This document shows, piece by piece, positions 35,064 to 45,179 of a stretch of DNA of 64,000 nt (positions within the stretch are counted from its first letter, which is position 1; the number at the start of each line of letters is the position of its first letter). Made by a program: the position numbers and the translations under genes. The stretch comes from an uncultured Bacilli bacterium (GTDB taxonomy: Bacteria; Bacillota_I; Bacilli_A; RF39; UBA660), in NCBI GenBank assembly GCA_947632595.1, contig CANRPY010000004.1:775-64774 (forward strand). Reading direction: 5' to 3'. Below the pieces are notes generated by a model. That model was not told the origin of the DNA. It saw nothing but the letters and a program-made list of their open reading frames with translations, and did not search any database.

Positions 35064-36296
35064 ATGACTTTTTTTGAGGAATTACAATGGAGAGGTTTGG
35101 TTAAAGATGTTGCGGGAGAAGATATTGCCGATAAACTAAACAATGAGAAAATTACTTTTTATTGGGGAACAGATCCTACTGCGGATAGCTTACATTTGGG
35201 TCATTATTCTAGTTTGGTTACTGCCAAAAGACTTGCTAATTACGGTCATCATCCTATCTTACTTTGTGGAGGAGCTACTGGATTAATTGGAGATCCTAGA
35301 CCTACTGCGGAAAGAGAAATTATTACGAAAGAAAAACTTCAAGAAAATTTGGAAGGAATTCGTAAGCAAGTCATTCAAATTTTTGATGGAAAAGCAGAAG
35401 TTGTTAATAATTATGATTGGTTTCAGGGTTATGAATTTACGGATGTTTTAAGAGATGTTGGAAAATATATTACGGTTAATTATATGCTTGATAAAGATAT
35501 CATTAAAAGAAGGCTTGAGACGGGTATTACTTTTGCGGAGTTTGCTTATACATTAATTCAGGGATATGATTTCTTATGGTTATATGAGAATAAGAATTGT
35601 ATTATGCAAGTGGAAGGCTCTGACCAATGGGGTAATATTACTACGGGTATTGATTTAATTAAGAAAAAATTAGGAAAAGATGTTTATGCTTTTACTATGC
35701 CTTTGGTTGTTGATAAATATGGTCATAAGTTTGGTAAGAGTGAAGGAAATGCTTTATGGTTAGATGAGGAGAAAACATCTTCTTATGAGTTATATCAATA
35801 CTTATTAAATGTAGATGATGAGGTTGTTATCGACTACATTAAAATCTTTACTTTCTTAAGTGTTTCTGAAATTCAAGAACTTGAGAAGAGACATCAAGCT
35901 CAACCTGAGTTACGTGAAGCACAAAAAGCACTTGCGAGAGAGATTATTACGGATTTACATGGAGAAGAGTCTTACTTAGAAGCTGTTAAAATTAGTGAAA
36001 GTTTATTTAGTGGAGATATTCAGTCTTTTACGGGAAAAGATATTGAGGTTGCCTTTAAGGGGCTTACTCCTTTTACGATTTCTCAAGATAAAAATCTTGT
36101 TGATTTATTAGTAGAAGGGGGTATTTGTTCTAGTAAAAGAGAAGCTCGTGAGTTTATTACGAATTCTTCTATTACATTAAATGGAGAAAAAGTAACGGAC
36201 CTTGATTATGTTCTTACAAAAGATAAGTGTATTGATGGGAAATATATTGTAGTACGTAGAGGTAAGAAAAAGTATTTTATTGGAATTTATCAATAA
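35064..36296 (+). CDS. tyrS: tyrosyl-tRNA synthetase
   Basis: It carries HLGH (HIGH), KFGKS (KMSKS) and a C-terminal S4-like domain. The start is 1 nt after the CYTH stop codon. Confidence 0.95.
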   Translation: MTFFEELQWRGLVKDVAGEDIADKLNNEKITFYWGTDPTADSLHLGHYSSLVTAKRLANYGHHPILLCGGATGLIGDPRPTAEREIITKEKLQENLEGIRKQVIQIFDGKAEVVNNYDWFQGYEFTDVLRDVGKYITVNYMLDKDIIKRRLETGITFAEFAYTLIQGYDFLWLYENKNCIMQVEGSDQWGNITTGIDLIKKKLGKDVYAFTMPLVVDKYGHKFGKSEGNALWLDEEKTSSYELYQYLLNVDDEVVIDYIKIFTFLSVSEIQELEKRHQAQPELREAQKALAREIITDLHGEESYLEAVKISESLFSGDIQSFTGKDIEVAFKGLTPFTISQDKNLVDLLVEGGICSSKREAREFITNSSITLNGEKVTDLDYVLTKDKCIDGKYIVVRRGKKKYFIGIYQ

Positions 36297-36393
36297 TTGA
36301 CAAAAAGAGAATATAAATTTTTATATTTTCTTTTTTTATGGGTGGAAAAGAAATGGCAAATTTGATAAAATGAAGATGATATGGAGGCATGTT

Positions 36394-37596
36394 ATGAATC
36401 GTAGAAGAGTTCAACAATTTAAAATCATTTCCGTTCTTTGTATTCTTGTTTTAATAGGAGAAGTTTTTTATATTGGATATCGAGCTCTCTATCAGAGTGA
36501 AAAGTCACTTTATTTTGAAGGGGTAAATGCCTTTATTCCTGCGGGAGATGCTTATGTTTCTGTGGGAAGTAATAATGATAATGACAATCATTATGAGAAA
36601 GCTAAGATTTCTTTTTATAATTCTCATAGAGAAAAGCAATCTGAAAAATTATATAATGTAGGATATAATAGTTCTTTCTTTGGAGCTGCTGTTGATGGTA
36701 GTGATTGTGTTGTCGTTGGAAGTTATGAGAAGACAAAAGAAGATCATAGAGACTCTATTCGTCGTGCTCTTATTGTGAAGTATGATTCGGAAGGAAATCT
36801 TGTTTTTGAGAAGGATTTTCGTATTCTTGATAATTCTAAATTTACGAGTGTTGTCGTTGTTGGAGATAGTTACTATGTTGTTGGACAAAGTATCTACCGA
36901 AATACTAGAATTGGTAATAAAGAGGGTGGAGCTGTTCTTGCGAAATATAATCGTGATGGAGAACTTCAATGGTATCGTACCTATGGAAATAGTAAGAGTT
37001 CTATCTTTAATGATTTGTTGGTAGAAGAGGGAGCTATTTATACGGTTGGTACAGATGAGAATTATACGGGTATTATTGTAAAATATGATTTGGATGGTAA
37101 TTATTTAACGTATAATGATTATAATACTACGGATTCTCTTGGGTTTAGTGGCATTGTAGAAGCAAATGGTTTTATCTATATTAGTGGGGCTTTGAGACGT
37201 AGTAATCAGGATAATGATGCGATTATTGTTCGTTATAGTATGGATTGTTCTTATATTGATCAAGTGGAATATACTGGAGAGGGACTTGAGAGATTTAATA
37301 AGTTAATTGTTGATGATCATGAACATATTGTTGCGATAGGAACAATGGCGATTCCTAAGAAAAATGGTGGTCTTGGAGAATACAATTATGATGGTATTAT
37401 TGCGAAATATGATATGGATTTAAAGCATATTGATTCTGTTTCTTATGGGGATGAGAGAGATGATTATTTTACAGATCTTATCTATGATCAGGGTGAATAT
37501 GTAGTTGTTGGATATTCTTTCTATGATGATGGTAGTTATATGAGTAAGATGATTCGTTACAGCAAAGCTTTGAAAGTTTTAGGGGTTTTAGCATGA
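36394..37596 (+). CDS. membrane-anchored protein with ~6 beta-propeller-like repeats, unknown function
   Basis: It has an N-terminal TM. A blade-like motif recurs: CVVVGSYEKT, YYVVGQSIYRN, IYTVGTDENY, IYISGALRRS, IVAIGTMAIP, YVVVGYSFYDD. Confidence 0.5.
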   Translation: MNRRRVQQFKIISVLCILVLIGEVFYIGYRALYQSEKSLYFEGVNAFIPAGDAYVSVGSNNDNDNHYEKAKISFYNSHREKQSEKLYNVGYNSSFFGAAVDGSDCVVVGSYEKTKEDHRDSIRRALIVKYDSEGNLVFEKDFRILDNSKFTSVVVVGDSYYVVGQSIYRNTRIGNKEGGAVLAKYNRDGELQWYRTYGNSKSSIFNDLLVEEGAIYTVGTDENYTGIIVKYDLDGNYLTYNDYNTTDSLGFSGIVEANGFIYISGALRRSNQDNDAIIVRYSMDCSYIDQVEYTGEGLERFNKLIVDDHEHIVAIGTMAIPKKNGGLGEYNYDGIIAKYDMDLKHIDSVSYGDERDDYFTDLIYDQGEYVVVGYSFYDDGSYMSKMIRYSKALKVLGVLA

Positions 37597-38126
37597 AAGT
37601 TACTTTAGTAAGACATGCACAAACAGAGGATAATTTTTTAGGTAAGATTCAAGGAAGAGAGAATTCGCTATTAAATGATACGGGTAGAAGACAAGCTCAA
37701 CGTTTAAGAGGGAAGTTACTGGATGAGGATTTTGCATGTTGTTATAGTTCTCCTTTACTTCGTACATTTGAAACCGCATTTACTCTTGTAGGAGACCGAT
37801 GTGAGATTATTCGAGATGATCGATTACTGGAGAGAGAAATGGGGGAGTTAGAGAATCGGCCTAAAGAAGAGTATAATGCTTTTCAATTTTGGAATTATGA
37901 CCAGAATCGACAGGATTATGGAATTGAGGGTGTACAGGATTTGATTTCTAGATGTCGTGACTTTCTTTCTTATTTAAAAGAAAAGTATCCGGACCAACAT
38001 ATTTTAATTGTTACTCATAGTGGACCTTATCGTGCACTTAGACATTTACTCTTAAATCATCCTCTAAAGGGAAATCTATTAGATGGTTTTATCGATAATT
38101 GTTCTTGTGAGACGTTTGAAGTATAA
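37593..38126 (+). CDS. histidine phosphatase (phosphoglycerate mutase) family protein
   Basis: It carries VRHAQTEDN (RHG-type motif) and VTHSGPYRAL. It overlaps the upstream gene by 4 nt (ATGA). Confidence 0.8.
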   Translation: MKVTLVRHAQTEDNFLGKIQGRENSLLNDTGRRQAQRLRGKLLDEDFACCYSSPLLRTFETAFTLVGDRCEIIRDDRLLEREMGELENRPKEEYNAFQFWNYDQNRQDYGIEGVQDLISRCRDFLSYLKEKYPDQHILIVTHSGPYRALRHLLLNHPLKGNLLDGFIDNCSCETFEV

Positions 38127-38155
38127 AAAAAAGAAGCAAATTTTTGCTTCTTTTA
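38124..38155. terminator. bidirectional terminator
   Basis: Hairpin AGAAGCA-loop-TGCTTCT flanked by A8 and a T-run, between convergent genes. Confidence 0.75.
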
Positions 38156-38755
38156 TTTGTTGTAGAATTCAACGATTAATGCTTCATTGATATCTGCATT
38201 TAATTCATTTCTTTCTGGTAATCTAACGTATGTTGCTTCCATCTTTCCTTCGTCATAAGAGATAAATTCTACTCTCTTTGTAACTTTTGATAAAGATTCT
38301 GCAACTACTTTTAGGTTTTTGTCATTTTCTTTTAGAGAAATTACATCTCCTGGTTTTACACGGTAAGATGGAATATCTACTTTCTTTCCATTTACAGTTA
38401 CGTGACCATGGTTTACTAATTGTCTTGCTCCACGACGAGTAGATGCAAATCCAATACGATATACTAAGTTATCTAATCTAGATTCTAGTAATCTTAAGAA
38501 GTTTGTACCATGGATACCAGCTAATTTACCAGCTTCATTAAATGTTTTTCTTAATTGTCTTTCATTTAATCCATACATGAAACGAACTTTTTGTTTTTCT
38601 TTTAATTGTGTTCCATAATCTGATAATTTTCCTTTACGTTCATTTCCATGTTGACCTGGTCCATATGGACGACGTGCTAATTCTTTTCCTGTCTCACTGA
38701 TAGAAAAACCAACACGACGAGCTTGTTTGTAACTTGGTCCTATATATCTTGCCAT
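38153..38755 (-). CDS. rpsD: 30S ribosomal protein S4
   Basis: The sequence [19 protein letters not shown]... shows full-length S4 similarity. Confidence 0.97.
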   Translation of the reverse strand: MARYIGPSYKQARRVGFSISETGKELARRPYGPGQHGNERKGKLSDYGTQLKEKQKVRFMYGLNERQLRKTFNEAGKLAGIHGTNFLRLLESRLDNLVYRIGFASTRRGARQLVNHGHVTVNGKKVDIPSYRVKPGDVISLKENDKNLKVVAESLSKVTKRVEFISYDEGKMEATYVRLPERNELNADINEALIVEFYNK

Positions 38756-38951
38756 ACTTTGTTCTCCTTTCTTTTTGCTTTACAAATCTTGATGTGGATT
38801 GGCCATAAATTAGGGAGTTTCTATTCTTCTTTCGCATAAACAGCAATCGTTACTTGATTTATTCGTGAAGAAACACATTAACTTATTCCAAATCCCGCTG
38901 TTTCAAGGAATTTGCATTTCTAATTATAGGAAAAAATAAGCATTCTGTCAA
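38756..38951 (-). promoter_or_regulatory. rpsD promoter and long 5' leader (probable S4 autoregulatory leader)
   Basis: On the minus strand, TTGACA (38946-38951) - 17 nt - TATAAT (38923-38928). This leaves a ~160-nt untranslated leader before the start codon. Confidence 0.6.
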
Positions 38952-39052
38952 GAATTTGTTGGTTTTTCTTTCTTTTATGTGGTTATTTTTCTAAAAATGT
39001 AGAAATATAGAGTCTTCTTATGTTAAAATATATTTAGAATCGAGGTGTGTGT

Positions 39053-40765
39053 ATGCAGGGACAATATTTAATTATCGGATCCGTTTGTATTGTTGGGATT
39101 ATTCTTGTCTTTGTTATTGTTCACTTTGTTAAAAATGCTGAGATTCGTTATTATAAAAATAAATTAAAAAACTTAGAGATTCAAAGAAATCAGATTGCTT
39201 CTACTCCTGTTTTGTTGGAGTTATCAAAAGTAGAACCGATTATTAAGAATGATCGCATGGATGAGAAGTATACGGAGTGGCAAGATAAGTTTACTTATAT
39301 TAAAGAGAAACGCTTGTCTCAGATTGATGATATGCTCATTGATTTGGAAGTGTTCGTAGAAAAAAGAGATTATAAAAATTGTAGTTATCGGATTGCGAAG
39401 ACAGAAATTGAAATCTATAAAGTAAGAGAATCTGCTGAACATTTACTAGATCAAATTAAAGATATTACTCTTAGTGAGAGTAAGTATCGAGCTATTATTA
39501 CAAAATTAAAGACAAAGTATCGAGCTTTAAATAAAGAATTTCATGATCATATTGAACTTTATAGTGATATGAAAGATGCTGTTTTGATGCAGCTTGAGAA
39601 TATTGAGAAAAGATTCTTAGACTTTGAAAAAGTCATGGAAGCAAATGATTATAATGAAGTTGTTCATATTTGTAAGGCTCTTGATAATATGATTGATCAT
39701 ATGGAAATTCTTATTAAAGAATTACCGGATGTTCTTTTAATGATTCAGACGGTTTTACCTACTCGTATGAGGGAGGTACAGGATACTTATCAAGAGATGG
39801 TAGATAAGGGATTTGTTCTTGATTATTTAAATCTTGATTATAATTTAGAAGAGTCTCGTAAGAATCTTGAGAGAATCATGGATAAAGTAAAGGTCATTAA
39901 TCTTGAAGGTTGTATGTTTGATTTAAAGACGATGCTTGAATATTATGACTCTTTATTTATTGATTTTGAAAAAGAGAGATTATCTAGAAAAGTTTATGAA
40001 GAAGTTTCTAAAGATTTTGCGAAGAGATTAGAGAAGACCAATAAATTAGTTAGTGATGTTTATGATCAACTAGATGATATTAAGAAGATGTATGATTTAA
40101 GCGATGATGATGTTTTAATTATTCATGAAGTGAATAAAATCTTGGTTATGATTAATGATGACTTTAAGAAAATGATTCAAAAAGAGGAAGCTAAATCTTG
40201 TCCATACTCCATGTTAAATGAAGAAGTGGATAGTCTAACGGATCGTTTAACCAAGATGGAAGAGGATTTTGATCAGGCATTAAAATCTCTTGGAAATATG
40301 TATGATGATGAGGTAAGAGCTCGTGAACAATTAAAAGAGATTCAAGGATTCTTAAAAGATTGTAAGAAAATGATTCGTACTTATAAATTGCCTGTTATTA
40401 CGGATAATTATTTTGTACAATTGGAAGAAGCTAATGAGTCTATCTTAGAAGTTGTTAGAGAACTAGAACATAAACCAATTGTGATTAAGACATTAAATAC
40501 TAGAGTAGATACGGCAAGAGACTTAGTCTTAAAGCTTTATAATACTACCAATGATATGCTTCGAAATGCAGAATTAACAGAAAGATGTATTGTTTACTTA
40601 AATCGTTTTCGCTCCTCTTATGAAGGGGTAGATCAATGTTTAAGTGATGCAGAGGGCAGGTTCTTTAAAGGAGATTACCGGGAAGCATTAGAGTTTTCGA
40701 TTAAGGCTACTTCTTTTATCGATGATAAAATATATAGAAAGTTGAAGGATGAATATGAGAAATAA
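39053..40765 (+). CDS. ezrA: septation ring formation regulator EzrA
   Basis: A single N-terminal TM is followed by ~540 aa of coiled coil. Length and architecture are typical, and thiI lies nearby as in Bacillus. Confidence 0.8.
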   Translation: MQGQYLIIGSVCIVGIILVFVIVHFVKNAEIRYYKNKLKNLEIQRNQIASTPVLLELSKVEPIIKNDRMDEKYTEWQDKFTYIKEKRLSQIDDMLIDLEVFVEKRDYKNCSYRIAKTEIEIYKVRESAEHLLDQIKDITLSESKYRAIITKLKTKYRALNKEFHDHIELYSDMKDAVLMQLENIEKRFLDFEKVMEANDYNEVVHICKALDNMIDHMEILIKELPDVLLMIQTVLPTRMREVQDTYQEMVDKGFVLDYLNLDYNLEESRKNLERIMDKVKVINLEGCMFDLKTMLEYYDSLFIDFEKERLSRKVYEEVSKDFAKRLEKTNKLVSDVYDQLDDIKKMYDLSDDDVLIIHEVNKILVMINDDFKKMIQKEEAKSCPYSMLNEEVDSLTDRLTKMEEDFDQALKSLGNMYDDEVRAREQLKEIQGFLKDCKKMIRTYKLPVITDNYFVQLEEANESILEVVRELEHKPIVIKTLNTRVDTARDLVLKLYNTTNDMLRNAELTERCIVYLNRFRSSYEGVDQCLSDAEGRFFKGDYREALEFSIKATSFIDDKIYRKLKDEYEK

Positions 40766-41375
40766 TAAAGGATTTGGAAAATTTGAAGTGATTACCATGA
40801 TAGTTGTTTTACTTGTTGTATTTGCGTTTGTATTTTATTTAGTTTTACAAGGAGCTAATAAGCAAAGATTTGAAACGATGAAAGATAATGCTCTTACTTT
40901 TTCTAAGACGGTTGCGACAAATACTGCTTCTTTTCACTATGGAGATGTTGTTTACTTAGATGAGGTTGTTGATAATGGACTTTCTAATAAGATTCCTAAT
41001 CCTATTGGAGGAGGAAGTTGTGATGGTACGCAATCTAGAATTAATACTATTGATGGTAGAACCTATGCAACTCTTCGTTGTGGAAAATATCTAATTGATC
41101 AAGCTGATTTCTCCGATAAAGAGAAAGTTGCTATCTATGAGGTTAGTGATTGGCAAGAGAAAAAGATAGATGGAGAAGATGTTCAGGAAAGAGAACTTTA
41201 TAATTGTGAAATTGATGGTAAAAATGTATTTGATCAATATTATGAAGATTTGTACTTTGTTTATCGTTATAATAAAGAATATGGGGATAGTGCTTATTTC
41301 CCAGATCAAATATCAGATACGAATTGTAAAGTGGTTTCTAAGACATTTTATCGTACTCGTAAAGAGATTTCTTAA
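40749..41375 (+). CDS. orphan type IV pilin/pseudopilin-like protein
   Basis: The N-terminus NKG|FGKFEVITMIVVLLVVFAFVFYLVL puts Phe at +1 and Glu at +5 relative to a putative prepilin cleavage after Gly. Cys pairs occur in the C-terminal globular part. The gene overlaps the ezrA end by 17 nt. Confidence 0.45.
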   Translation: MNMRNNKGFGKFEVITMIVVLLVVFAFVFYLVLQGANKQRFETMKDNALTFSKTVATNTASFHYGDVVYLDEVVDNGLSNKIPNPIGGGSCDGTQSRINTIDGRTYATLRCGKYLIDQADFSDKEKVAIYEVSDWQEKKIDGEDVQERELYNCEIDGKNVFDQYYEDLYFVYRYNKEYGDSAYFPDQISDTNCKVVSKTFYRTRKEIS

Positions 41376-41450
41376 AATAAGTCATATGACTTATTTTTTT
41401 ATAGAATTTTTTATTCTTCTATGTTAAAATAGGCATGTTGGAGGTGGACT

Positions 41451-42635
41451 ATGAAGCGTGTTATTCTTATTAAGTATGGGGAATTGTCTACTAAGAAGGG
41501 GAATCTTAACTTTTTTATTAAGACTCTTTCTCATATGATTGAAGATAAATTAAAGGGTTATTCTATTTCTATTGTGAAGGACCGAGCAAGAATGAGAATT
41601 TCTTTTGATGAGAAAGATTTAGAAGATATTCAGTCTATCTTACAAAAGATTTTTGGAATTCATACTTATCATATTGCTTATGTATGTGAGTCTAATTCTG
41701 AAGCGATTCAAAAATGTATTTTAGATGTTTTAAAAGAAGAGAAGTTTTCTACTTTTAAGGTTGATGTTAGAAGATGTGATAAAAGGTTTCCTATTCATAG
41801 TCAGGACTTTAATTGTGTTTTAGCAAGTGTTCTTCTTAAAAATATCCCTAATATTTCTGTTGATGTTCATCATCCTGATCTTTTGGTTCGAGTTGAGATT
41901 CGTGAGGAAGAAACGTATCTTTATTATCATACTTATGCTGGTAGTGGGGGATATCCTGTTGGAACACAGGCTAGAGGAATGCTTATGCTTAGTGGGGGAA
42001 TTGATTCTCCTGTTGCGGGATATTTGGCTATGAAAAGAGGGGTCGTTTTGGATGCTGTTTATTTTGAAGCAATTCCTCATACAAGCCTGGAAGCTCGTGA
42101 GAAAGTGATTTCTCTTTGTAGAAAGCTTGCTCAATATACCGATAAGATTCATCTTCATATTGTTCCTTTTACGCCTATTCAAGAACAGATTTATCAGTGT
42201 TGTAGAGATGATTATTGTATTACTATTATGAGAAGAATGATGTATCGTATTATGGAAGAGATTTGTAAAAAATATAAGGGACTTGTGCTTATTAATGGGG
42301 AAAGTATTGGACAAGTTGCTTCTCAGACATTAACGAGTATGAATGTTATTAATAGTGTTACCAATATGCCTGTTATTCGTCCTGTTGCTTGTCTTGATAA
42401 ATTGGAGATTATTGATTTGGCAAAGAAGATTGATACTTACGATATTAGTATTTTACCTTATGAAGATTGTTGTACAGTCTTTGTTCCTAAACATCCTGTT
42501 ATTAATCCAAGAGAAGATGTTTGTATAGAAGAGGAGTCTAAATTTGATTATCTTCCTATGATTCAAGAGGCTGTTCAAAATATTTATACGATTGTTGTTC
42601 AAGAACATGATGATCAGTTTGACTCTTTTTTATAG
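41451..42635 (+). CDS. thiI: tRNA 4-thiouridine(8) synthase ThiI
   Basis: A THUMP-type N-terminus is followed by the PP-loop LSGGIDSPVAGY. Confidence 0.9.
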   Translation: MKRVILIKYGELSTKKGNLNFFIKTLSHMIEDKLKGYSISIVKDRARMRISFDEKDLEDIQSILQKIFGIHTYHIAYVCESNSEAIQKCILDVLKEEKFSTFKVDVRRCDKRFPIHSQDFNCVLASVLLKNIPNISVDVHHPDLLVRVEIREEETYLYYHTYAGSGGYPVGTQARGMLMLSGGIDSPVAGYLAMKRGVVLDAVYFEAIPHTSLEAREKVISLCRKLAQYTDKIHLHIVPFTPIQEQIYQCCRDDYCITIMRRMMYRIMEEICKKYKGLVLINGESIGQVASQTLTSMNVINSVTNMPVIRPVACLDKLEIIDLAKKIDTYDISILPYEDCCTVFVPKHPVINPREDVCIEEESKFDYLPMIQEAVQNIYTIVVQEHDDQFDSFL

Positions 42636-42682
42636 TATAAAACTTTTATTTCCTACCAAACTATAAGTAGGAGGTGAATAGA

Positions 42683-42898
42683 ATGCCAAGAAAGAAAAAT
42701 GCTTCTATGAAAGTAAAAGCACCTGGTGCAAAAAAATCAGTGGATAATATGAAATACGAAATTGCGAATGAATTTGGTATTAACTTAGGTGCGAATGCTA
42801 CTAGCCGTGATAATGGAATGGTTGGTGGTGAAATTACTAAGAGATTAGTAGAAAATGGAAAAAATAAGAAAAATTCCAACTCTAAAAACAGTAAATAG
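42683..42898 (+). CDS. alpha/beta-type small acid-soluble spore protein
   Basis: [34 protein letters not shown] is the conserved SASP core. The ATG at 42683 follows AGGAGG. Confidence 0.9.
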   Translation: MPRKKNASMKVKAPGAKKSVDNMKYEIANEFGINLGANATSRDNGMVGGEITKRLVENGKNKKNSNSKNSK

Positions 42899-42900
42899 TG

Positions 42901-42927
42901 ACAAGGGATAATATCCCTTGTTTTTTT
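42901..42927 (+). terminator. rho-independent terminator after the SASP gene
   Basis: Hairpin CAAGGGAT-AAT-ATCCCTTG followed by T7. Confidence 0.85.
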
Positions 42928-42994
42928 GGGAGATTTATTGACTTTTTTGTGTTTCTTTGATAACTTATTGGTATTATGAAAAGGAGATTTATAT

Positions 42995-44194
42995 ATGAAG
43001 TTTTTATGTGTGAATGCAGGTAGTAGTTCCTTAAAGTTTCAACTTTTTGAAATGCCTGAAGAAAAGGTACTGATTAGTGGATATATCGAAAAAATTGGGT
43101 TGGAAGATAGTTTTTGGAATACGAAAGTCAATGGAGAAAAAATTAGGGGAGAAAAATATTTAAAAAATCATCATGACGCTGTTCAAGTATTATTAGATGA
43201 ATTAATTCGTCATGGGGCAGTGAAAAGTTTAGATGAGATTAAAGGTGTTGGACATAGAGTTCTACATGGTGGAGAAAAATATAGTGATTCTGTTTTGATT
43301 GATCAAGATGTTATTCAAAGTATTCGTGATTTAACAAAACTTGGTCCTCTTCATCATCCTGGTAATTTAGCGGGAATTGAGGCTTTAGAAGAAGTTTTAC
43401 CAAATGTTCCTATGGTAGCAGTATATGATACTGCTTTCCATCAATCTATGCCTAAGAGAAATTATTTATATCCTGTTCCTTATGAATGGTATCAAGATTA
43501 TGGTGTTCGTAAATATGGTTTTCATGGTACTAGTCATAAATATATAACAGAGACTATGAAAGAGAAATTAGGTAAGGAAGATGTTAATTTAATTATTTGT
43601 CATATTGGTAGTGGAGCATCTATTAGCGCTATTAAAGATGGTAAATGTTATGATACTACTATGGGTCTTACCCCACTTGATGGATTAATGATGGGTACTC
43701 GTAGTGGTAGTATTGATCCTTCTATTTTAGAGTATGTTTGTAAAGAGTCTCATATGAGTATTGAAGAAGTTACAAATGATTTAAATAAGAAGAGTGGTTT
43801 ACTTGGAGTTTCTGGATATAGTGATGCAAGAGATGTAGAAGATGCGATGGCTAAAGGAGACGAAAATGCTATTTTAGCTTATGAGATGTATAATGATAGA
43901 GTGGTAAAATATATTGGAGAATATTTCTTAAAACTAGGTGGTAAAGTAGATGCTATTGTTTTTACAGCAGGAGTTGGAGAAAATGGTATTGAAACCCGTG
44001 CTGATATTTTATCTAGTCTTGCTCCTCTTGGTATTGTAATTGATGAGAAAGAAAACAATAGTATTGCTTCTTATCGTGATAAACATGAGGGAGTGATTAC
44101 TTCTAAAAAATCTAGTATTCCTGTATGGGTAGTTCCAACGAATGAGGAACTTATGATTATTCGTGATACTTATCATATTGTTTGTGGAAAATAA
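42995..44194 (+). CDS. ackA: acetate kinase (copy 1)
   Basis: It carries VNAGSSSLKF, GHRVLHGG, HGTSH, GTRSG, TAGVGEN and PTNEELMI. Confidence 0.95.
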   Translation: MKFLCVNAGSSSLKFQLFEMPEEKVLISGYIEKIGLEDSFWNTKVNGEKIRGEKYLKNHHDAVQVLLDELIRHGAVKSLDEIKGVGHRVLHGGEKYSDSVLIDQDVIQSIRDLTKLGPLHHPGNLAGIEALEEVLPNVPMVAVYDTAFHQSMPKRNYLYPVPYEWYQDYGVRKYGFHGTSHKYITETMKEKLGKEDVNLIICHIGSGASISAIKDGKCYDTTMGLTPLDGLMMGTRSGSIDPSILEYVCKESHMSIEEVTNDLNKKSGLLGVSGYSDARDVEDAMAKGDENAILAYEMYNDRVVKYIGEYFLKLGGKVDAIVFTAGVGENGIETRADILSSLAPLGIVIDEKENNSIASYRDKHEGVITSKKSSIPVWVVPTNEELMIIRDTYHIVCGK

Positions 44195-44303
44195 AAGCGA
44201 TTGACGCTTTTATTTTTTTGTAAATTTACGTTTTTCTTATTCTTCTTAAATTGACAAGTCTCTTTTAATAGTGATTTAATGGTAGTGAAAGGTAGGAGTT
44301 TTT

Positions 44304-45179
44304 ATGATGCTTTTATCCCCTATTTTAATAGGTGCCGCGATTCTTCCTGTTGTTGCCTTGGGTATTTTTATTTATTTAATGGATAAAAATAAGGAACCAA
44401 AAGGATTACTTTTTTTAATGTTTTTTATGGGAATTGTAATTATTATTCCTGTATTAATTGGAGAAGTTGTTTTTTCTATCTTCTTTCCTATGGAAGAAGT
44501 GCAGTCGTCATTTTTCCTACTCTTTTTAAACGTCTTCTTTGGGGTTGCTTTTTTTGAGGAAATCTTTAAGTGGCTTGCTACTAGATTTATAGGATATAAT
44601 AATCGAGAATTTGATGAAGTTTATGATATTATTATTTATGCTGTCTTTACTTCTTTAGGATTTGCTTGTTTAGAAAATATTTTATATGTTCTTCAAAATG
44701 GTTTTTCTACTGCTATTTTAAGAGCGATTTTCTCTATTCCAGGACATACTTGTTTTGGTATTATGATGGGTTATTACTTATCGAAAGCAAAAGTTGCGGA
44801 TGTTAGTGGAAATAAGGGATTGCGTTATAAATATATGTTTTGTAGTACTGTAGTTCCTATGCTTTTACATACCCTTTTTGATTCTTTACTTTTCTTTACT
44901 AGTTATGCGAGCATATCCTTTGTTATCTTCTTAATTTTTTATGTTATGATGGTTACTGTTTGCTTTATTATTGTTTTTAAAACTTCTAAAGTACAACAAA
45001 ATCTTACTCGTCAATTGAAGAATTCTACCATTGGTGTGAATCAACAAGGGTATTTATCTTATCAACCTGTACAAGGTAGTGGAGCAGGAAATGCTCTTTA
45101 TCCACAATATTGTCCTATTTGTGGAAGACCTACAACGGGAGCTAACTTTTGTGCACGTTGTGGATTTCGTTTAAAGTAG
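44304..45179 (+). CDS. PrsW-family intramembrane protease with C-terminal zinc ribbon
   Basis: It has multiple TMs. The motifs are DKNKEPKG, FFEEIFKW (EExxK), IPGHTCFG and LHTLFD. The C-terminus is CPICGRPTTGANFCARCG. Confidence 0.8.
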   Translation: MMLLSPILIGAAILPVVALGIFIYLMDKNKEPKGLLFLMFFMGIVIIIPVLIGEVVFSIFFPMEEVQSSFFLLFLNVFFGVAFFEEIFKWLATRFIGYNNREFDEVYDIIIYAVFTSLGFACLENILYVLQNGFSTAILRAIFSIPGHTCFGIMMGYYLSKAKVADVSGNKGLRYKYMFCSTVVPMLLHTLFDSLLFFTSYASISFVIFLIFYVMMVTVCFIIVFKTSKVQQNLTRQLKNSTIGVNQQGYLSYQPVQGSGAGNALYPQYCPICGRPTTGANFCARCGFRLK

